A DNA stretch of 64,000 nt from Thermodesulfobacteriota bacterium (GTDB taxonomy: Bacteria > Desulfobacterota > Desulfobacteria > Desulfobacterales > SURF-7). The stretch lies in assembly GCA_049320885.1 (NCBI GenBank), contig JBMORA010000017.1, positions 1 through 64,000 on the forward strand. The letters are read 5' to 3'. The translations under genes and the position numbers were made by a program. Every line of letters begins with the position of its first letter. The stretch's first letter is position 1. The notes beneath the pieces are model-generated. The model searched no databases. It was not told the DNA's origin and saw only the letters and a list, made by a program, of their open reading frames with translations. This document shows positions 18,153 through 29,134 of this stretch, piece after piece.

Positions 18153-19556
18153 ATGCAGACCTATATCAACCATACATTCGATGAAATTGAGGTGGGAGCC
18201 TCGTTTTCACGTTCCCACCGGATCAGCAAGCCGGACGCCGAACTGCTGGTTTTCGCCTCCGGCGAGATCGACCCTTTTTTCACGGAAACCGATGATGACG
18301 GGGACCGCGGCTTGACCGCTGAACCCGTGGCGGCCGCCATCCTGATCGCCGCCATGATCAACAGGCGCCTGCCGGGACCAGGCAGCAACATCCTTTCCCA
18401 GAATCTGGTGTTTAGGGGTGCGCTGAATGTCGGCGATGAATTGACCGGGACCATCACCGTCACGGCCAAGCGGGAAAAGGGGCATGAAATCGATTTCGAT
18501 TGCCGGGTGAACAACGGCAAGGAAGACATTCTGACCGGGACGGTGACAGTCACGGCGCCCACCACCCACATCCGTTTCGACGCCGTCACCACGCCCGAAG
18601 TCATTCTGCGCCGCAGTGACGAACTGGCCAAACTCATTAAAAAATGTGAAAAGATACCGCCGGTGGTCTGCGCGGTGGTGCACCCCTGCGACCGGGACTC
18701 CCTCCTCGGCCCGCTGGAGGCCGCTGCCCGCGGGTTGATCACGCCCGTCCTGGTGGGGCCGGCCAAAAAAATCAAGGCGGTTGCCGAGCAGGAAGGCGCC
18801 GATATCTCGCCGTATCGCCTTGTCGATACGGAGCACAGCCATGCGGCCGCCAGCCAGGCGGTGGCCATGGCCCGGGCCGGAGAGGTGGCGGCCTTGATGA
18901 AAGGAAGCCTGCACACCGACGAGCTGATGGAGGCGGTGGTGCCCTCGGCCACGGGATTGAGAACCGGCCGGCGGATCAGTCATGTCTTCGTGTTGGACGT
19001 GCCCTCGTATCCCCGCCTGCTGATGATCACCGACGCGGCCATCAACATCGCGCCCACCGCCAAGGAAAAGGCGGATATCATCCAGAACGCCATTGACCTG
19101 GCCGTCGTGCTGGGGATTCAGGAGCCCCATGTCGCGATTCTGGCGGCGGTGGAGACGGTCAATCCCATCATGCAGGCCACGGTGGACGCAGCCATTTTAT
19201 GCAAAATGGCGGATCGCGGCCAGATCACCGGCGGCATCCTCGACGGCCCGCTGGCCTTCGACAACGCGGTCAGCCTGGAGGCCGCGCGCACCAAAAAAAT
19301 CCTGTCCCCGGTGGCGGGGAAGGCGGATATTCTGCTGGCGCCGGATCTGGAGGCCGGCAACATGCTGGCCAAACAGCTGCAATACATGGCCGGCGCCGAC
19401 AGCGCCGGCATCGTGCTGGGCACGCGGGTGCCCATCGTGCTGACCAGCCGGGCGGATTCCATCCGGACCCGCATGGCCTCCACCGCCGTCATGGCGCTGC
19501 TGGCGGAATCCCGGCGGGTCAAATCGGATTTGGAACAACAGGGAGTGAAAAAATGA
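18153..19556 (+). CDS. pta: Bifunctional MaoC-like domain / phosphate acetyl(butyryl)transferase
   Basis: N-terminal hotdog-like RLPGPGSNILSQNLVF; LMKGSLHTD, DGPLAFDNAVS, PDLEAGNMLAK, PIVLTSRADS. Confidence 0.9.
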   Translation: MQTYINHTFDEIEVGASFSRSHRISKPDAELLVFASGEIDPFFTETDDDGDRGLTAEPVAAAILIAAMINRRLPGPGSNILSQNLVFRGALNVGDELTGTITVTAKREKGHEIDFDCRVNNGKEDILTGTVTVTAPTTHIRFDAVTTPEVILRRSDELAKLIKKCEKIPPVVCAVVHPCDRDSLLGPLEAAARGLITPVLVGPAKKIKAVAEQEGADISPYRLVDTEHSHAAASQAVAMARAGEVAALMKGSLHTDELMEAVVPSATGLRTGRRISHVFVLDVPSYPRLLMITDAAINIAPTAKEKADIIQNAIDLAVVLGIQEPHVAILAAVETVNPIMQATVDAAILCKMADRGQITGGILDGPLAFDNAVSLEAARTKKILSPVAGKADILLAPDLEAGNMLAKQLQYMAGADSAGIVLGTRVPIVLTSRADSIRTRMASTAVMALLAESRRVKSDLEQQGVKK

Positions 19557-20746
19557 GCAGAGCCATCGTCATCCTCAACGCCGGATCATCCAGCATCAAG
19601 TTTTCGCTGTTTCTGGAACGCGGGAACGACCTCAGCCTGGATTGCCGGGGACAGATGGAGGGAATATACACGGCGCCGCGATTCACGGCCAAAAAAGCCG
19701 ACAATGCCTTGCTGTCGGAAAAAACCTGGCCCGCGGGCACCAATTTGGGACATGACGGCGCCCTCGAACACATCGTGGGGTTTCTGCGGTCCGAACTCGC
19801 GGACGATGAACTCATCGGCGTGGGGCACCGGGTGGTGCACGGCGGCCAGCGCTACACCCAGCCGGTGCGGGTGGATCAAACCGTCCTTTCGGAACTGGAG
19901 CAGTTCATTCCCCTGGCGCCCTTGCACCAGCCGCACAACCTTACGCCCATCCGGCGTTTGCTGGAGCGGCTGCCGGACCTGCCCCAGGTGGCCTGCTTCG
20001 ACACCTCCTTCCACCGCACGACCCCCCTGGTTCATCAGCTGTTCGCCCTTCCGGCGGAGCTCACCGACGCCGGCGTGATCCGCTACGGTTTTCACGGTCT
20101 TTCCTATGAATACATCGCCTCGGTGCTGCCCCGGTTCGACGAAAGGGCCGCCGCCGGCAGGACCATCGTGCTGCATCTGGGGAACGGCGCCAGCATGTGC
20201 GCGCTGGAGGCGGGGCGCAGCATCTCCAGCACCATGGGCTTCACCGCCGTGGAAGGCCTGCCCATGGGGACCCGCTGCGGTTCCCTCGATCCCGGCGTCC
20301 TCCTGTTTCTCATGGACCAGCAGGGCATGAGTGCCCGGGATATCGAGAAACTGATTTATACCCAGTCGGGTCTGCTGGGCGTTTCGGGTGTTTCCAGCGA
20401 CATGCGGACCATTCTGGAGAGCGATGACCCCAAGGCCGGGTTGGCGCTGGACCTGTATATCTACCGCATCCGCCGGGAACTCGGGGCCCTGGCGGCGACC
20501 CTGGGCGGCCTGGACGCCATCGTGTTCACCGCCGGGATCGGGGAAAACTCGGCCGCCATCCGCCGCCGCGTCTGCCGGGATGCGGCCTGGATCGGGGTGG
20601 CGTTGGATGACGCCGCGAACGCCAAAGGCGGCCCGCGCATCAGCACGGGAAAAAGCCGCGTGGCGGCTTGGGTCATCCCGACCAATGAGGAACTCATGAT
20701 TGCCCGCCATACCCGGAACATTCTGAAAGAAACCAAAGGAGCCTGA
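19553..20746 (+). CDS. ackA: Acetate/propionate kinase
   Basis: LNAGSSSIKF, GHRVVHGG, FDTSFH, RYGFHGLS, HLGNGAS, FTAGIGEN, PTNEELMIA; ATGA overlap with pta. Confidence 0.95.
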   Translation: MSRAIVILNAGSSSIKFSLFLERGNDLSLDCRGQMEGIYTAPRFTAKKADNALLSEKTWPAGTNLGHDGALEHIVGFLRSELADDELIGVGHRVVHGGQRYTQPVRVDQTVLSELEQFIPLAPLHQPHNLTPIRRLLERLPDLPQVACFDTSFHRTTPLVHQLFALPAELTDAGVIRYGFHGLSYEYIASVLPRFDERAAAGRTIVLHLGNGASMCALEAGRSISSTMGFTAVEGLPMGTRCGSLDPGVLLFLMDQQGMSARDIEKLIYTQSGLLGVSGVSSDMRTILESDDPKAGLALDLYIYRIRRELGALAATLGGLDAIVFTAGIGENSAAIRRRVCRDAAWIGVALDDAANAKGGPRISTGKSRVAAWVIPTNEELMIARHTRNILKETKGA

Positions 20747-20970
20747 TGATGAACATGGAGATCCCCAGGCCGGTGCTGAAAGGCCAGAAGGCCCTGGTCG
20801 CCGGCATCGCCAACGAATATTCCATCGCCTATGGATGCGCCAGGGCTTTCCGGGAGCTCGGCGCCGACATCGCGGTCACCTATTTGAATGAAAAATCCAA
20901 AGCCCCCTATGCCCGCCGCATCACCGGCGAAACCATGTATGTGGACGGCGGGGTCAATATTATCGCCTGA
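20746..20970 (+). pseudogene. fabI: Enoyl-ACP reductase with a large in-frame internal deletion
   Basis: FabI N-terminus (KALVAGIANEYSIAYGCA...TYLNEK) joined directly to the FabI C-terminus (ITGETMYVDGG) in 74 aa. Confidence 0.85.
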
Positions 20971-21004
20971 TCAATGGACGGAAAACGAAGAAGGAGACAT
21001 TCCG

Positions 21005-21262
21005 ATGGGAAAAGTCGCGCATATGGTGATCCATTTCATGGACGGCAGCAAGATCGTGTTCGAATACGACAAACTCGACGGCAGGGAGGACGCCTCCATC
21101 GCCTCCAAGGTCAAAAAAGCGCTGGAACACGATAAAATCGTGGTGCAGACCTACGACAGCATGATCGTCATCCCGGTTGCCAACGTCAAATACATCCAGG
21201 TGACCCCGGCGCCGGACGCCCTGCCGGAAGGGATCCTGAAGAACGCGGAAATCATCGAATGA
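21005..21262 (+). CDS. Small hypothetical protein
   Basis: AAGGAG SD; HFMDGSKIVFEY...IPVANVKYIQVTPAP. Confidence 0.7.
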   Translation: MGKVAHMVIHFMDGSKIVFEYDKLDGREDASIASKVKKALEHDKIVVQTYDSMIVIPVANVKYIQVTPAPDALPEGILKNAEIIE

Positions 21263-21358
21263 CCACCGATTTGAGTTGAAAAACAGGGCAATCGGGAATA
21301 TGAACCCCGGAAACCAACCATACCAAAAATTCAGTCATCACGGATAAAGGAGTGGGCA

Positions 21359-22534
21359 ATGGTCAACTATCGTCAACGGCCGCAATTCGCTTTCAGGTTA
21401 CAATTTATGCCGATGGTGTATGTCTCGGCGCTGCTGTTTGTCTCGGCCCTGGTTTTCGGCTGCAAGAAGGAGGAGGCGCCGCCGCCGCCCCCGCCGGAAG
21501 TGGAAGTGACGGAGGTGTTCCAGCGCGATGTTCCGGTGCATGCCGAATGGGTCGGAACAACGGACGGCATGGTGAATGCCACCATCCGCGCCCAGGTGAC
21601 CGGCTATCTCATCGCCCAGAATTACAAGGAAGGTGATTTCGTCAAAAAGGGGCAGGTTTTGTTTGAGATCGACCCCCGGACATTCCAGGCAGGCCTTCAG
21701 CAGGCCAAAGGGGTCCTGGCCCAGCACCAGTCGAGCTGGAACACGGCGAAATCCAACCTCGACCGTATCCGGCCCCTGGCGGCTAAAAACGCCGTCAGCC
21801 AGCGGGATCTCGACAATGCCGTGGGTATGGAGCAGTCCGCCCACGCTCTGGTGCTCTCCTCCCAGGCCGCCGTGGAAAAGGCCTCGCTTGATCTGGAGTT
21901 CACGAAAATCCAGTCCCCCATCGATGGAATCTCCGGCATTGCCAAGGCCCAGATCGGGGATCTGGTGGGGCCCGGACAGATCGAGGAACTCACTACGGTG
22001 TCCACGGTCGACCCCATCAAAGTCTATGTGCCCCTGAGCGAGCAGGAGTATCTCAAGGCCGTTGAAAACAGGAACCCGGACAAGCCGGCGACCATTTTTG
22101 AGCTGATTCTGGCCGACGGCGCCACCTATCCCCACACCGGTCAATTCGCCTTCGCCGATCGGCAGGTCGATGTCAAGACCGGCACCATCCGGGTGGCGGT
22201 GCTGTTCCCCAATCCCGGGAATATCCTGCGCCCCGGGCAGTTTTCGAGGATCCGCGCCCAGGTGGACATCCATAAAAATGCGCTGCTGGTGCCGCAACGG
22301 GCGGTTTCCGAACTCCAGGGCGGTTATCTGGTGGCGGTGGTCGGTGCGGATGACAAGGTGAGCATCCGGCCGGTCAAGGTCGGCGAGCGCATGGATACTC
22401 TGTGGATGATCCAGGAAGGTGTAAACCCCGGCGAGCGGGTCGTGGCCGAGGGCGTTCAAAAAGTCAAGGACGGAATGACAGTGCGGCCAAAAGCATTTGT
22501 CGCGGCGGGTAACGCGGCAACGACCAACCAATGA
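21359..22534 (+). CDS. RND efflux periplasmic adaptor (MFP)
   Basis: IRAQVTGYL, TKIQSPIDG, TGTIRVAVLFPNP, LLVPQRAV. Confidence 0.95.
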   Translation: MVNYRQRPQFAFRLQFMPMVYVSALLFVSALVFGCKKEEAPPPPPPEVEVTEVFQRDVPVHAEWVGTTDGMVNATIRAQVTGYLIAQNYKEGDFVKKGQVLFEIDPRTFQAGLQQAKGVLAQHQSSWNTAKSNLDRIRPLAAKNAVSQRDLDNAVGMEQSAHALVLSSQAAVEKASLDLEFTKIQSPIDGISGIAKAQIGDLVGPGQIEELTTVSTVDPIKVYVPLSEQEYLKAVENRNPDKPATIFELILADGATYPHTGQFAFADRQVDVKTGTIRVAVLFPNPGNILRPGQFSRIRAQVDIHKNALLVPQRAVSELQGGYLVAVVGADDKVSIRPVKVGERMDTLWMIQEGVNPGERVVAEGVQKVKDGMTVRPKAFVAAGNAATTNQ

Positions 22535-22563
22535 TGACCATCCTACTGAAGAGGTAACATCGA

Positions 22564-25500
22564 ATGGCCAAGTTTTTCATCAACCGACCCATCGTGGCGA
22601 TCGTGATCGCCATCATCACGGTCATTGTCGGCATCGTCGCCCTCCTGGGGCTTCCCATCGCCCAGTATCCGGAGATCGTCCCGCCGGAAATTTTCGTCAA
22701 TACCTTCTATGTCGGCGCGGATGCCCAGACCGTGGAACAATCCGTGGCCACGCCCATCGAACAGGAGATGAGCGGGGTCGACAACATGAACTATATGTAT
22801 TCCCTCAACGCCAACAACGGCGAGCTCCGGATGTTCGTCAATTTTGACGTCGAGACCGATCCGAACATCGACCAGGTGCTGGCCCAGATGCGCAAGAGCC
22901 AGGCGGATTCGAAACTGCCGGCGGAAGTCCGGGATTACGGGGTGACGGTGAAAAAATCCAATTCGGCGCCGCTGATGGTGGTGGCCCTCACCTCCCCAAA
23001 AGAGACGTATGATGCAACCTTTCTGGCAAATTATGCCTATATCAACATCAACGATCAGATGACCCGCATTCCGGGCATCGCCAGCGTGACGGTGTTCGGC
23101 GCCGGCCAGTACGCCATGCGGTTCTGGGTCCGTCCGGACCAGCTGGCCAAGCTCAATATCACCATCCCGGAAATCGTGGATGCCATCAAAAAGCAGAACA
23201 CCGTCAATCCGGCCGGCCAGCTGGGGGGCGAGCCGGCGCCGCCCGGCCAGGAATATACTTACGCCATCCGGGCCCAGGGCCGCCTGGAAAACCCCGAGGA
23301 ATTCGGCGAAATCGTGTTGCGGGCCAATCCCGACGGGTCCATGGTGCGCCTGAAGGATGTGGCGCGCATTGAACTCGGCTCCCAGAATTATTCCATGCAG
23401 GGCCGGCTGAACGGCAAACCGGCGGCCATCCTCGCATTGTATCAGCTCCCCGGCACCAACGCCATCAAGGCCGTGGACGGGGTGAAAAAACTGATGGAGG
23501 AGCTCAAACAGTCCTTTCCCCAGGATCTGGATTATGTCATCGCGCTGGACACCACCCAGAGCGTGCGGGAGGGTCTGAAAGAGATTCTCAAGACCCTGTA
23601 TGAAGCCTTGATCCTGGTGATCATCGTGGTGTTCGTCTTCCTCCAGGGCTGGCGGGCCACCCTGATACCGGCCCTGGCCGTGCCGGTGTCGCTCATCGGC
23701 ACCTTCGCCGTTTTCCCCATGATCGGCTTCACCATCAACACCATCGCGCTGATGGGCATGGTGCTGGCCATCGGCCTGGTGGTGGACGACGCCATCGTCG
23801 TCGTGGAGGCGGTGGAGCACAACATGGAACACGGCGGGTTGTCGCCCAAGGAAGCGACGATCAAGGCCATGGAGGAAGTCTCCGGCCCCGTGGTGGCCAT
23901 CGCCCTGGTGCTTTCCGCGGTGTTTCTGCCCACCATTTTCATTCCGGGGATCACGGGTAAACTGTATCAGCAATTCGCGGTGACCATCGCCATATCGGTG
24001 ATGCTCTCCGCTTTCAACGCCCTGACCCTGAGCCCGGCGCTTTCTTCCCTGCTCTTGAAGCCCAAGAAACAGACGCGCGGCCCGTTGGGGGCCTTTTACC
24101 GGTGGTTCAACAATATGTTCGGCAGCGCCACCAACGGCTACGTGAAGGTCTGCGCCTGGTGCATCCGCAAAACCCTCATCAGCATGATTTTTCTCCTGAT
24201 GTTCGTCCTGGGCACCGGGCTGCTGGCCGGCAAGGTGCCCGGGGGATTTTTGCCGGAAGAGGACCAGGGGTATTTGTACGCCGGCATCCAGCTGCCCAAC
24301 GCGGCCTCGCTCCAGAGAACCAACGAAGCCTGCAAGGAAATGGAAAAAATCATCATGGAAACCCCCGGCGTTGAATACTGCACGGCGATTTCCGGGTACA
24401 GCCTGCTCAGCGGGGTGACCAACACCTACAGCGGCTTTTTCTTCATCACCCTCAAGGAATGGGGGGTGCGGAAAAAACCCGAGGAGCAATACGGCGCCAT
24501 CATGGCCAGCCTTAACAAGCGGCTCCGCAGCCTGCCCCAGGGTGTGGCCTTTGCCTTCTCGCCGCCGGCGATTCCCGGCATCGGCGCCGCGGGCGGCGTG
24601 ACGTTTCTGCTCCAGGACCGGGCCGGCAAGGACATTACCTTCCTGGCCCGGAATGTAGCGACCTTCATGGAGGAGGCCCGGAAGCGTCCGGAGTGCGCCT
24701 CCGTGACCACGACCTTCCTGCCGGCCATCCCCCAGGTTTTCATAGACGTCGACCGGGACAAGGTGCTCAAGCAGGGCGTGGACCTGGGCCAGGTCTACCG
24801 GACCCTCCAGGCCTTCATGGGCGGTTATTTCGTCAATTACTTCAACCGCTTCGGGCGGCAATGGCAGGTATACGTGCAGGCCGAGGGCGACTATCGCACC
24901 CAGGTGGAACAGCTCGGTCAGTTTTATGTCCGCAACGATGACGGCGACATGGTGCCGCTGTCGGCGCTCACCAGCTCCGAGCCCCGTCTGGGACCCGAAT
25001 TCACCATGCGGCACAATCTCTACCGCTCGGCCCAGATCAATGTCGGCGCCGCTCCGGGCTACAGTTCCGCCCAGGCCATGAAGGCCCTGGAAGAAGTGTT
25101 CAGCCGCACCATGCCCCCGGAAATGGGGTTTGACTATATCGGCATGTCCTATCAGGAAAAGAAAGCCCAGGAAGGCGTGCCGATTTCCGTCATTTTCGCC
25201 CTGTCGCTGCTGTTCGTGTTCTTGATCCTGTCGGCCCAGTATGAATCCTGGTCCCTGCCGTTCAGCGTTCTGCTGGGAACGCCCATCGCCATCTTCGGCG
25301 CCTACGCCGGTATTTTCATCCGCAGCATGGAATTCAATCTCTATGCCCAGATCGGCCTGATCATGCTCATCGGTCTGGCGGCCAAGAACGCCATCCTCAT
25401 CGTGGAGTTCGCCAAGATGGAATTCGATAAGGGGAAATCGGTGGTGGACGCGGCCCTGGAGGGTGCGCGGTTGAGACTCCGGCCCATCCTGATGACGTCC

Positions 25501-25731
25501 TTTGCCTTTATTCTCGGCTGCGTGCCGCTGGCCATCGCCAGCGGTTCCGGAGCGGTTTCCCGGAAAGTCATGGGTACCGGCGTCATCGGCGGCATGCTCA
25601 CCGCTTCGTTTATCGCCATTTTCATCATACCCGTGACCTTCTATATCGTTGAGAAGCTGGCTCATGGGAAGAGTGGGAAATCCGCCCAGTCGCATCCGGG
25701 TGCAGCCCAACCGCATAAGGGAGTAGATTGA
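22564..25731 (+). CDS. RND efflux permease (HAE1/AcrB-like)
   Basis: [47 protein letters not shown]. Confidence 0.97.
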   Translation: MAKFFINRPIVAIVIAIITVIVGIVALLGLPIAQYPEIVPPEIFVNTFYVGADAQTVEQSVATPIEQEMSGVDNMNYMYSLNANNGELRMFVNFDVETDPNIDQVLAQMRKSQADSKLPAEVRDYGVTVKKSNSAPLMVVALTSPKETYDATFLANYAYININDQMTRIPGIASVTVFGAGQYAMRFWVRPDQLAKLNITIPEIVDAIKKQNTVNPAGQLGGEPAPPGQEYTYAIRAQGRLENPEEFGEIVLRANPDGSMVRLKDVARIELGSQNYSMQGRLNGKPAAILALYQLPGTNAIKAVDGVKKLMEELKQSFPQDLDYVIALDTTQSVREGLKEILKTLYEALILVIIVVFVFLQGWRATLIPALAVPVSLIGTFAVFPMIGFTINTIALMGMVLAIGLVVDDAIVVVEAVEHNMEHGGLSPKEATIKAMEEVSGPVVAIALVLSAVFLPTIFIPGITGKLYQQFAVTIAISVMLSAFNALTLSPALSSLLLKPKKQTRGPLGAFYRWFNNMFGSATNGYVKVCAWCIRKTLISMIFLLMFVLGTGLLAGKVPGGFLPEEDQGYLYAGIQLPNAASLQRTNEACKEMEKIIMETPGVEYCTAISGYSLLSGVTNTYSGFFFITLKEWGVRKKPEEQYGAIMASLNKRLRSLPQGVAFAFSPPAIPGIGAAGGVTFLLQDRAGKDITFLARNVATFMEEARKRPECASVTTTFLPAIPQVFIDVDRDKVLKQGVDLGQVYRTLQAFMGGYFVNYFNRFGRQWQVYVQAEGDYRTQVEQLGQFYVRNDDGDMVPLSALTSSEPRLGPEFTMRHNLYRSAQINVGAAPGYSSAQAMKALEEVFSRTMPPEMGFDYIGMSYQEKKAQEGVPISVIFALSLLFVFLILSAQYESWSLPFSVLLGTPIAIFGAYAGIFIRSMEFNLYAQIGLIMLIGLAAKNAILIVEFAKMEFDKGKSVVDAALEGARLRLRPILMTSFAFILGCVPLAIASGSGAVSRKVMGTGVIGGMLTASFIAIFIIPVTFYIVEKLAHGKSGKSAQSHPGAAQPHKGVD

Positions 25732-25732
25732 T

Positions 25733-27193
25733 ATGTGCAGAACGTTCAGGCTGATTCCGTTTTTTTTAGTTATGGTTGTGTCCGCCGGCTGCGCCGTCGG
25801 TCCCGATTATCAGCGGCCGCAAGTGAATACACCCGACAAGTGGCGGTTTGAATACCAGGACGCCAAGGACTTCACCAATACCGCCTGGTGGCGGCAGTTC
25901 AATGATCCGGTGCTGGATGAACTGGTGACGGCGGCCTTGAAGGAAAATGCGGATATCCTGATCGCCGCCGCCCGGGTGGAGCAGTATCTGGGATATTACG
26001 GCGGTACCCGTTCCGCCCTGTTTCCCCAGATCGGCGCCGGCGCCATCGGCGCGCGGGAACGATACAGCCAGGCGGGCCGGACGCCGCTGCCCGCCGGAGT
26101 CAGCGCGGTGGACAACACCTTTCAGGGGCTGATTTCCGCCGGCTGGGAAATGGACATCTGGGGCCGCCTGCGCCGGGAAACGGAGGCCGCAAGGGCCGAC
26201 CTGCTGGCCTCCGAAGAGGCGCGCAACGCGGTGGTGCTGACCGTAGTGGCCGCCGTGGCCAACACGTATATCGACCTGCGCAGCCTGGATCGCGAACTGG
26301 AAATCACCCGGCAGACCGCCGTTACCCGCGGGGAGACCTATGCGCTGTTCAAGGAGCGTTTTGACAGCGGCATCATTTCCGAACTGGAGTTGAGCCAGGT
26401 CAGATCCGAATATGAAAAAGCCCTGGCCACGATTCCGCGTATCGAAAAAAGCATCCTGCAGACGGAAAACGCCCTGGGAATTTTACTGGGACGGAATCCG
26501 GCGCCCATCACCCGGGGCCGGGACATCGACACCCTGACCATTCCCGCCGTGCCGGCGGGCATTCCCTCGGATCTCTTGGAGCGCCGGCCGGATATCCGGC
26601 TGGCCGAGGCCCAGCTCATCGCCGCCAATGCCCGCATCGGAGCGGCCAAGGCCCAGTATTTCCCCTCCATCGCCTTGACCGGATTCGCCGGGGCGGTGAG
26701 CGCGGACTTCGGCGATCTGTTCACCGGTCCCGCCGGGGTCTGGAATTACGGCGCCCAGGCCACCGTGCCGATCTTCACGGCCGGAAGAATCGTCGGATCG
26801 GTCCAGGCCTCCGAGGCCGTCCAGCAGCAGGCCCTGGCCCGTTACCGCCAGGCGATCCAGAATTCCTTCCGCGAGGTGGACGACGCCTTGATCGACCAGC
26901 GCAAATCCCTGGAGGAATTTCAAGCCCAGTCCCGCCAGGTGGATGCCCTGAAGGATTACGCCCGCCTGGCGCGGATGCGGTTCGATGAAGGCTATACCAG
27001 TTATATCGAAGTGCTCGACGCGGACCGCAGCCTGTTCAACGAACAGTTGAATTACACCCAGATCCAGGCGGGATTGCTGCGTTCCCTGGTCTCGCTCTAC
27101 AAGGCCATGGGGGGCGGCTGGGTGGTGGAAGCGGCGTCAGCCCAGGATTCAAACCGGAATGGGGCTCCACAAGAGGCCGCGTATTTTCCCTGA
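25733..27193 (+). CDS. RND outer-membrane factor lipoprotein (NodT/OprM-like)
   Basis: Lipobox SAGC-AVGPDY, ERRPDIRLAE, LYKAMGGGW. Confidence 0.95.
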   Translation: MCRTFRLIPFFLVMVVSAGCAVGPDYQRPQVNTPDKWRFEYQDAKDFTNTAWWRQFNDPVLDELVTAALKENADILIAAARVEQYLGYYGGTRSALFPQIGAGAIGARERYSQAGRTPLPAGVSAVDNTFQGLISAGWEMDIWGRLRRETEAARADLLASEEARNAVVLTVVAAVANTYIDLRSLDRELEITRQTAVTRGETYALFKERFDSGIISELELSQVRSEYEKALATIPRIEKSILQTENALGILLGRNPAPITRGRDIDTLTIPAVPAGIPSDLLERRPDIRLAEAQLIAANARIGAAKAQYFPSIALTGFAGAVSADFGDLFTGPAGVWNYGAQATVPIFTAGRIVGSVQASEAVQQQALARYRQAIQNSFREVDDALIDQRKSLEEFQAQSRQVDALKDYARLARMRFDEGYTSYIEVLDADRSLFNEQLNYTQIQAGLLRSLVSLYKAMGGGWVVEAASAQDSNRNGAPQEAAYFP

Positions 27194-27205
27194 GGAGGGG
27201 TCTGT

Positions 27206-28507
27206 ATGATCCGAACCGGGTGTCTGCCCGCTCTTCGGTATGGCATGATGCCGGCGGTCTTATCGGCGGCCTTCGTGCTGCTACTGAACGCCTGCGCTTT
27301 CCGGGAGCTGAAAAAAGAATCCGAAGCCTTCGAAAGGGCCTATGCCCTGATGGGAAGGATCGACATTGCCGAAGGTAGATCACCGGAATCCGTCGTGGTC
27401 GTGGTGTTTGCGGATGAACAGGGCGGCAGGCGGATCAAGGATTATGCCCTGCCGGACCAGACCGGGCAATACGCCCTGGTGGTGGGCGAGGGCCGATATT
27501 ATGTCGGCGCCTTCGAGGACGCCAATAAAAACTTTATCTGCGATGCGGGGGAGCGGCATGGATTTTGGGGCGTTCCCACCCCCATCGATGTCATCAGGGG
27601 AAAAACGGTTTTTCACCGAAAAAAGGCCATCCAGAATCTGGATATCCGGCTGGACAGGGAAACGCCTTTCCCCGCAGGCTTTCCGGCCATCGTCAACACG
27701 GGCGAGCTGAATGGAAAGACATTTGTCCACACCGGCCGGATCGCCCATCCGGACGATGCGCTCTTCGACCCGGCCAACGGCAGCATGGGATACTGGCAAC
27801 CGTATACGTTCCTGCGGCAAATCGGGTTCGGCATTTACTTCAACGAGCCTTACAAACCGGGAAAAATTCCGGTTCTGTTCGTCCACGGAGCCGTGGGCAC
27901 GCCGGCGGGCTGGAAAACGATCCTGGACCGTCTGGACAGCCGTCGCTACCAGGCCTGGTTTTATTATTATCCCAGCGGCCTGGGACTCGAGGCCAGTTCG
28001 AAAGTTCTGAACTATCTGGTGAAACGCCTGCACGATGAATATCGATTCCAGTCCCTGTATGTCATCGCTCACAGCATGGGGGGGCTGGTCTCCCGGAGTT
28101 TCATCATCCAGAACCACCTGGAAAACAACCCGTCCTATCTGAAGCTGTTCATTTCCCTCTCCACCCCCTGGGGCGGCGTGGCCACGGCCGCCAGCGGGGT
28201 GGAGAAAGCGCCGGTGGCCGTTCCCAGCTGGTATGATGTGACCCCGGACAGCGAATTCATCCGGCGGCTCTACGGTCAGAGCCTGCCGCCGGGCCTGCAT
28301 TTTTACCTGTTTTTCGGCGTGAAAGGGGATTGCAGCGTCATGATGGCCAATAACGACGGCACCATTGAAATCTCCAGCGAAATCGACTACCGTGCGCAGC
28401 GGGAAGCGGAACGGATTTTTGCGTTTAACGAGGACCATGACACCATCCTGACCAGCGCCGCCGTTCTCGCGCAGCTCCATTCAGTGATGGCCGCCGCGCC
28501 CAGATGA
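27206..28507 (+). CDS. Alpha/beta hydrolase lipoprotein (lipase/esterase-like)
   Basis: LNAC lipobox, PVLFVHG, AHSMGG nucleophile elbow, NDG, terminal H. Confidence 0.85.
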   Translation: MIRTGCLPALRYGMMPAVLSAAFVLLLNACAFRELKKESEAFERAYALMGRIDIAEGRSPESVVVVVFADEQGGRRIKDYALPDQTGQYALVVGEGRYYVGAFEDANKNFICDAGERHGFWGVPTPIDVIRGKTVFHRKKAIQNLDIRLDRETPFPAGFPAIVNTGELNGKTFVHTGRIAHPDDALFDPANGSMGYWQPYTFLRQIGFGIYFNEPYKPGKIPVLFVHGAVGTPAGWKTILDRLDSRRYQAWFYYYPSGLGLEASSKVLNYLVKRLHDEYRFQSLYVIAHSMGGLVSRSFIIQNHLENNPSYLKLFISLSTPWGGVATAASGVEKAPVAVPSWYDVTPDSEFIRRLYGQSLPPGLHFYLFFGVKGDCSVMMANNDGTIEISSEIDYRAQREAERIFAFNEDHDTILTSAAVLAQLHSVMAAAPR

Positions 28508-28579
28508 CAGCAGCCGGTTGCGCGCCGCTCGGCCGCAGCCGTATAAAACAACAATTCAACAGGAAAGGTAACCAGTCGA

Positions 28580-29113
28580 ATGAAAAGAAAAATGTTATTG
28601 ATGGCAGCAAGTTGTGTTTTGGTACTGTCCGCCTGCACCTGGGGCGTTCCGCTCAAGGATATCAATGTCACCATCGAGGCCGATCCGAAGGCGAAATTCA
28701 GCGGGTATAAGACCTATACCTGGCTGGGATCGACGGCGATTCTGAATGACGCCGAGGGCCTTTGGGAGCCTCCCGGATTCGATGCGGATGCGCACGTGAA
28801 GTATCTGATCGACCGGGAACTCCGCAACCGCGGCATGGAGGAGAACCGGAATGATCCGGATATGGGGGTCGCCTTCGCCCTGGGTGTCGATATGGACGCG
28901 CTGGGCCTGAAGACGGATCCGAAAACCAAGATGGCGGCCATGAAAAATGTGCCCAAAGGCGCGCTGGTGGTGGCGCTTGTGGACACGGAAACCGGATTTG
29001 TGATCTGGATGGGAACCGCAACCGCGGAGGTGCAGAAGGATATCGACGAAGAGGCGATCAAAAAGCGGCTGGACTTTGCCGTGACGAGAATGTTCTGGCG
29101 GATGCCGGAATAA
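28580..29113 (+). CDS. DUF4136 lipoprotein
   Basis: LSAC lipobox, FSGYKTYTW, GALVVALVD...VIWMGTA. Confidence 0.8.
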   Translation: MKRKMLLMAASCVLVLSACTWGVPLKDINVTIEADPKAKFSGYKTYTWLGSTAILNDAEGLWEPPGFDADAHVKYLIDRELRNRGMEENRNDPDMGVAFALGVDMDALGLKTDPKTKMAAMKNVPKGALVVALVDTETGFVIWMGTATAEVQKDIDEEAIKKRLDFAVTRMFWRMPE

Positions 29114-29134
29114 GTGATGCAAAAGGAGCGACTC

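Noticed and set aside
22543..25716. 1057-aa minus-strand ORF
   Set aside because: Antisense shadow of the RND permease.
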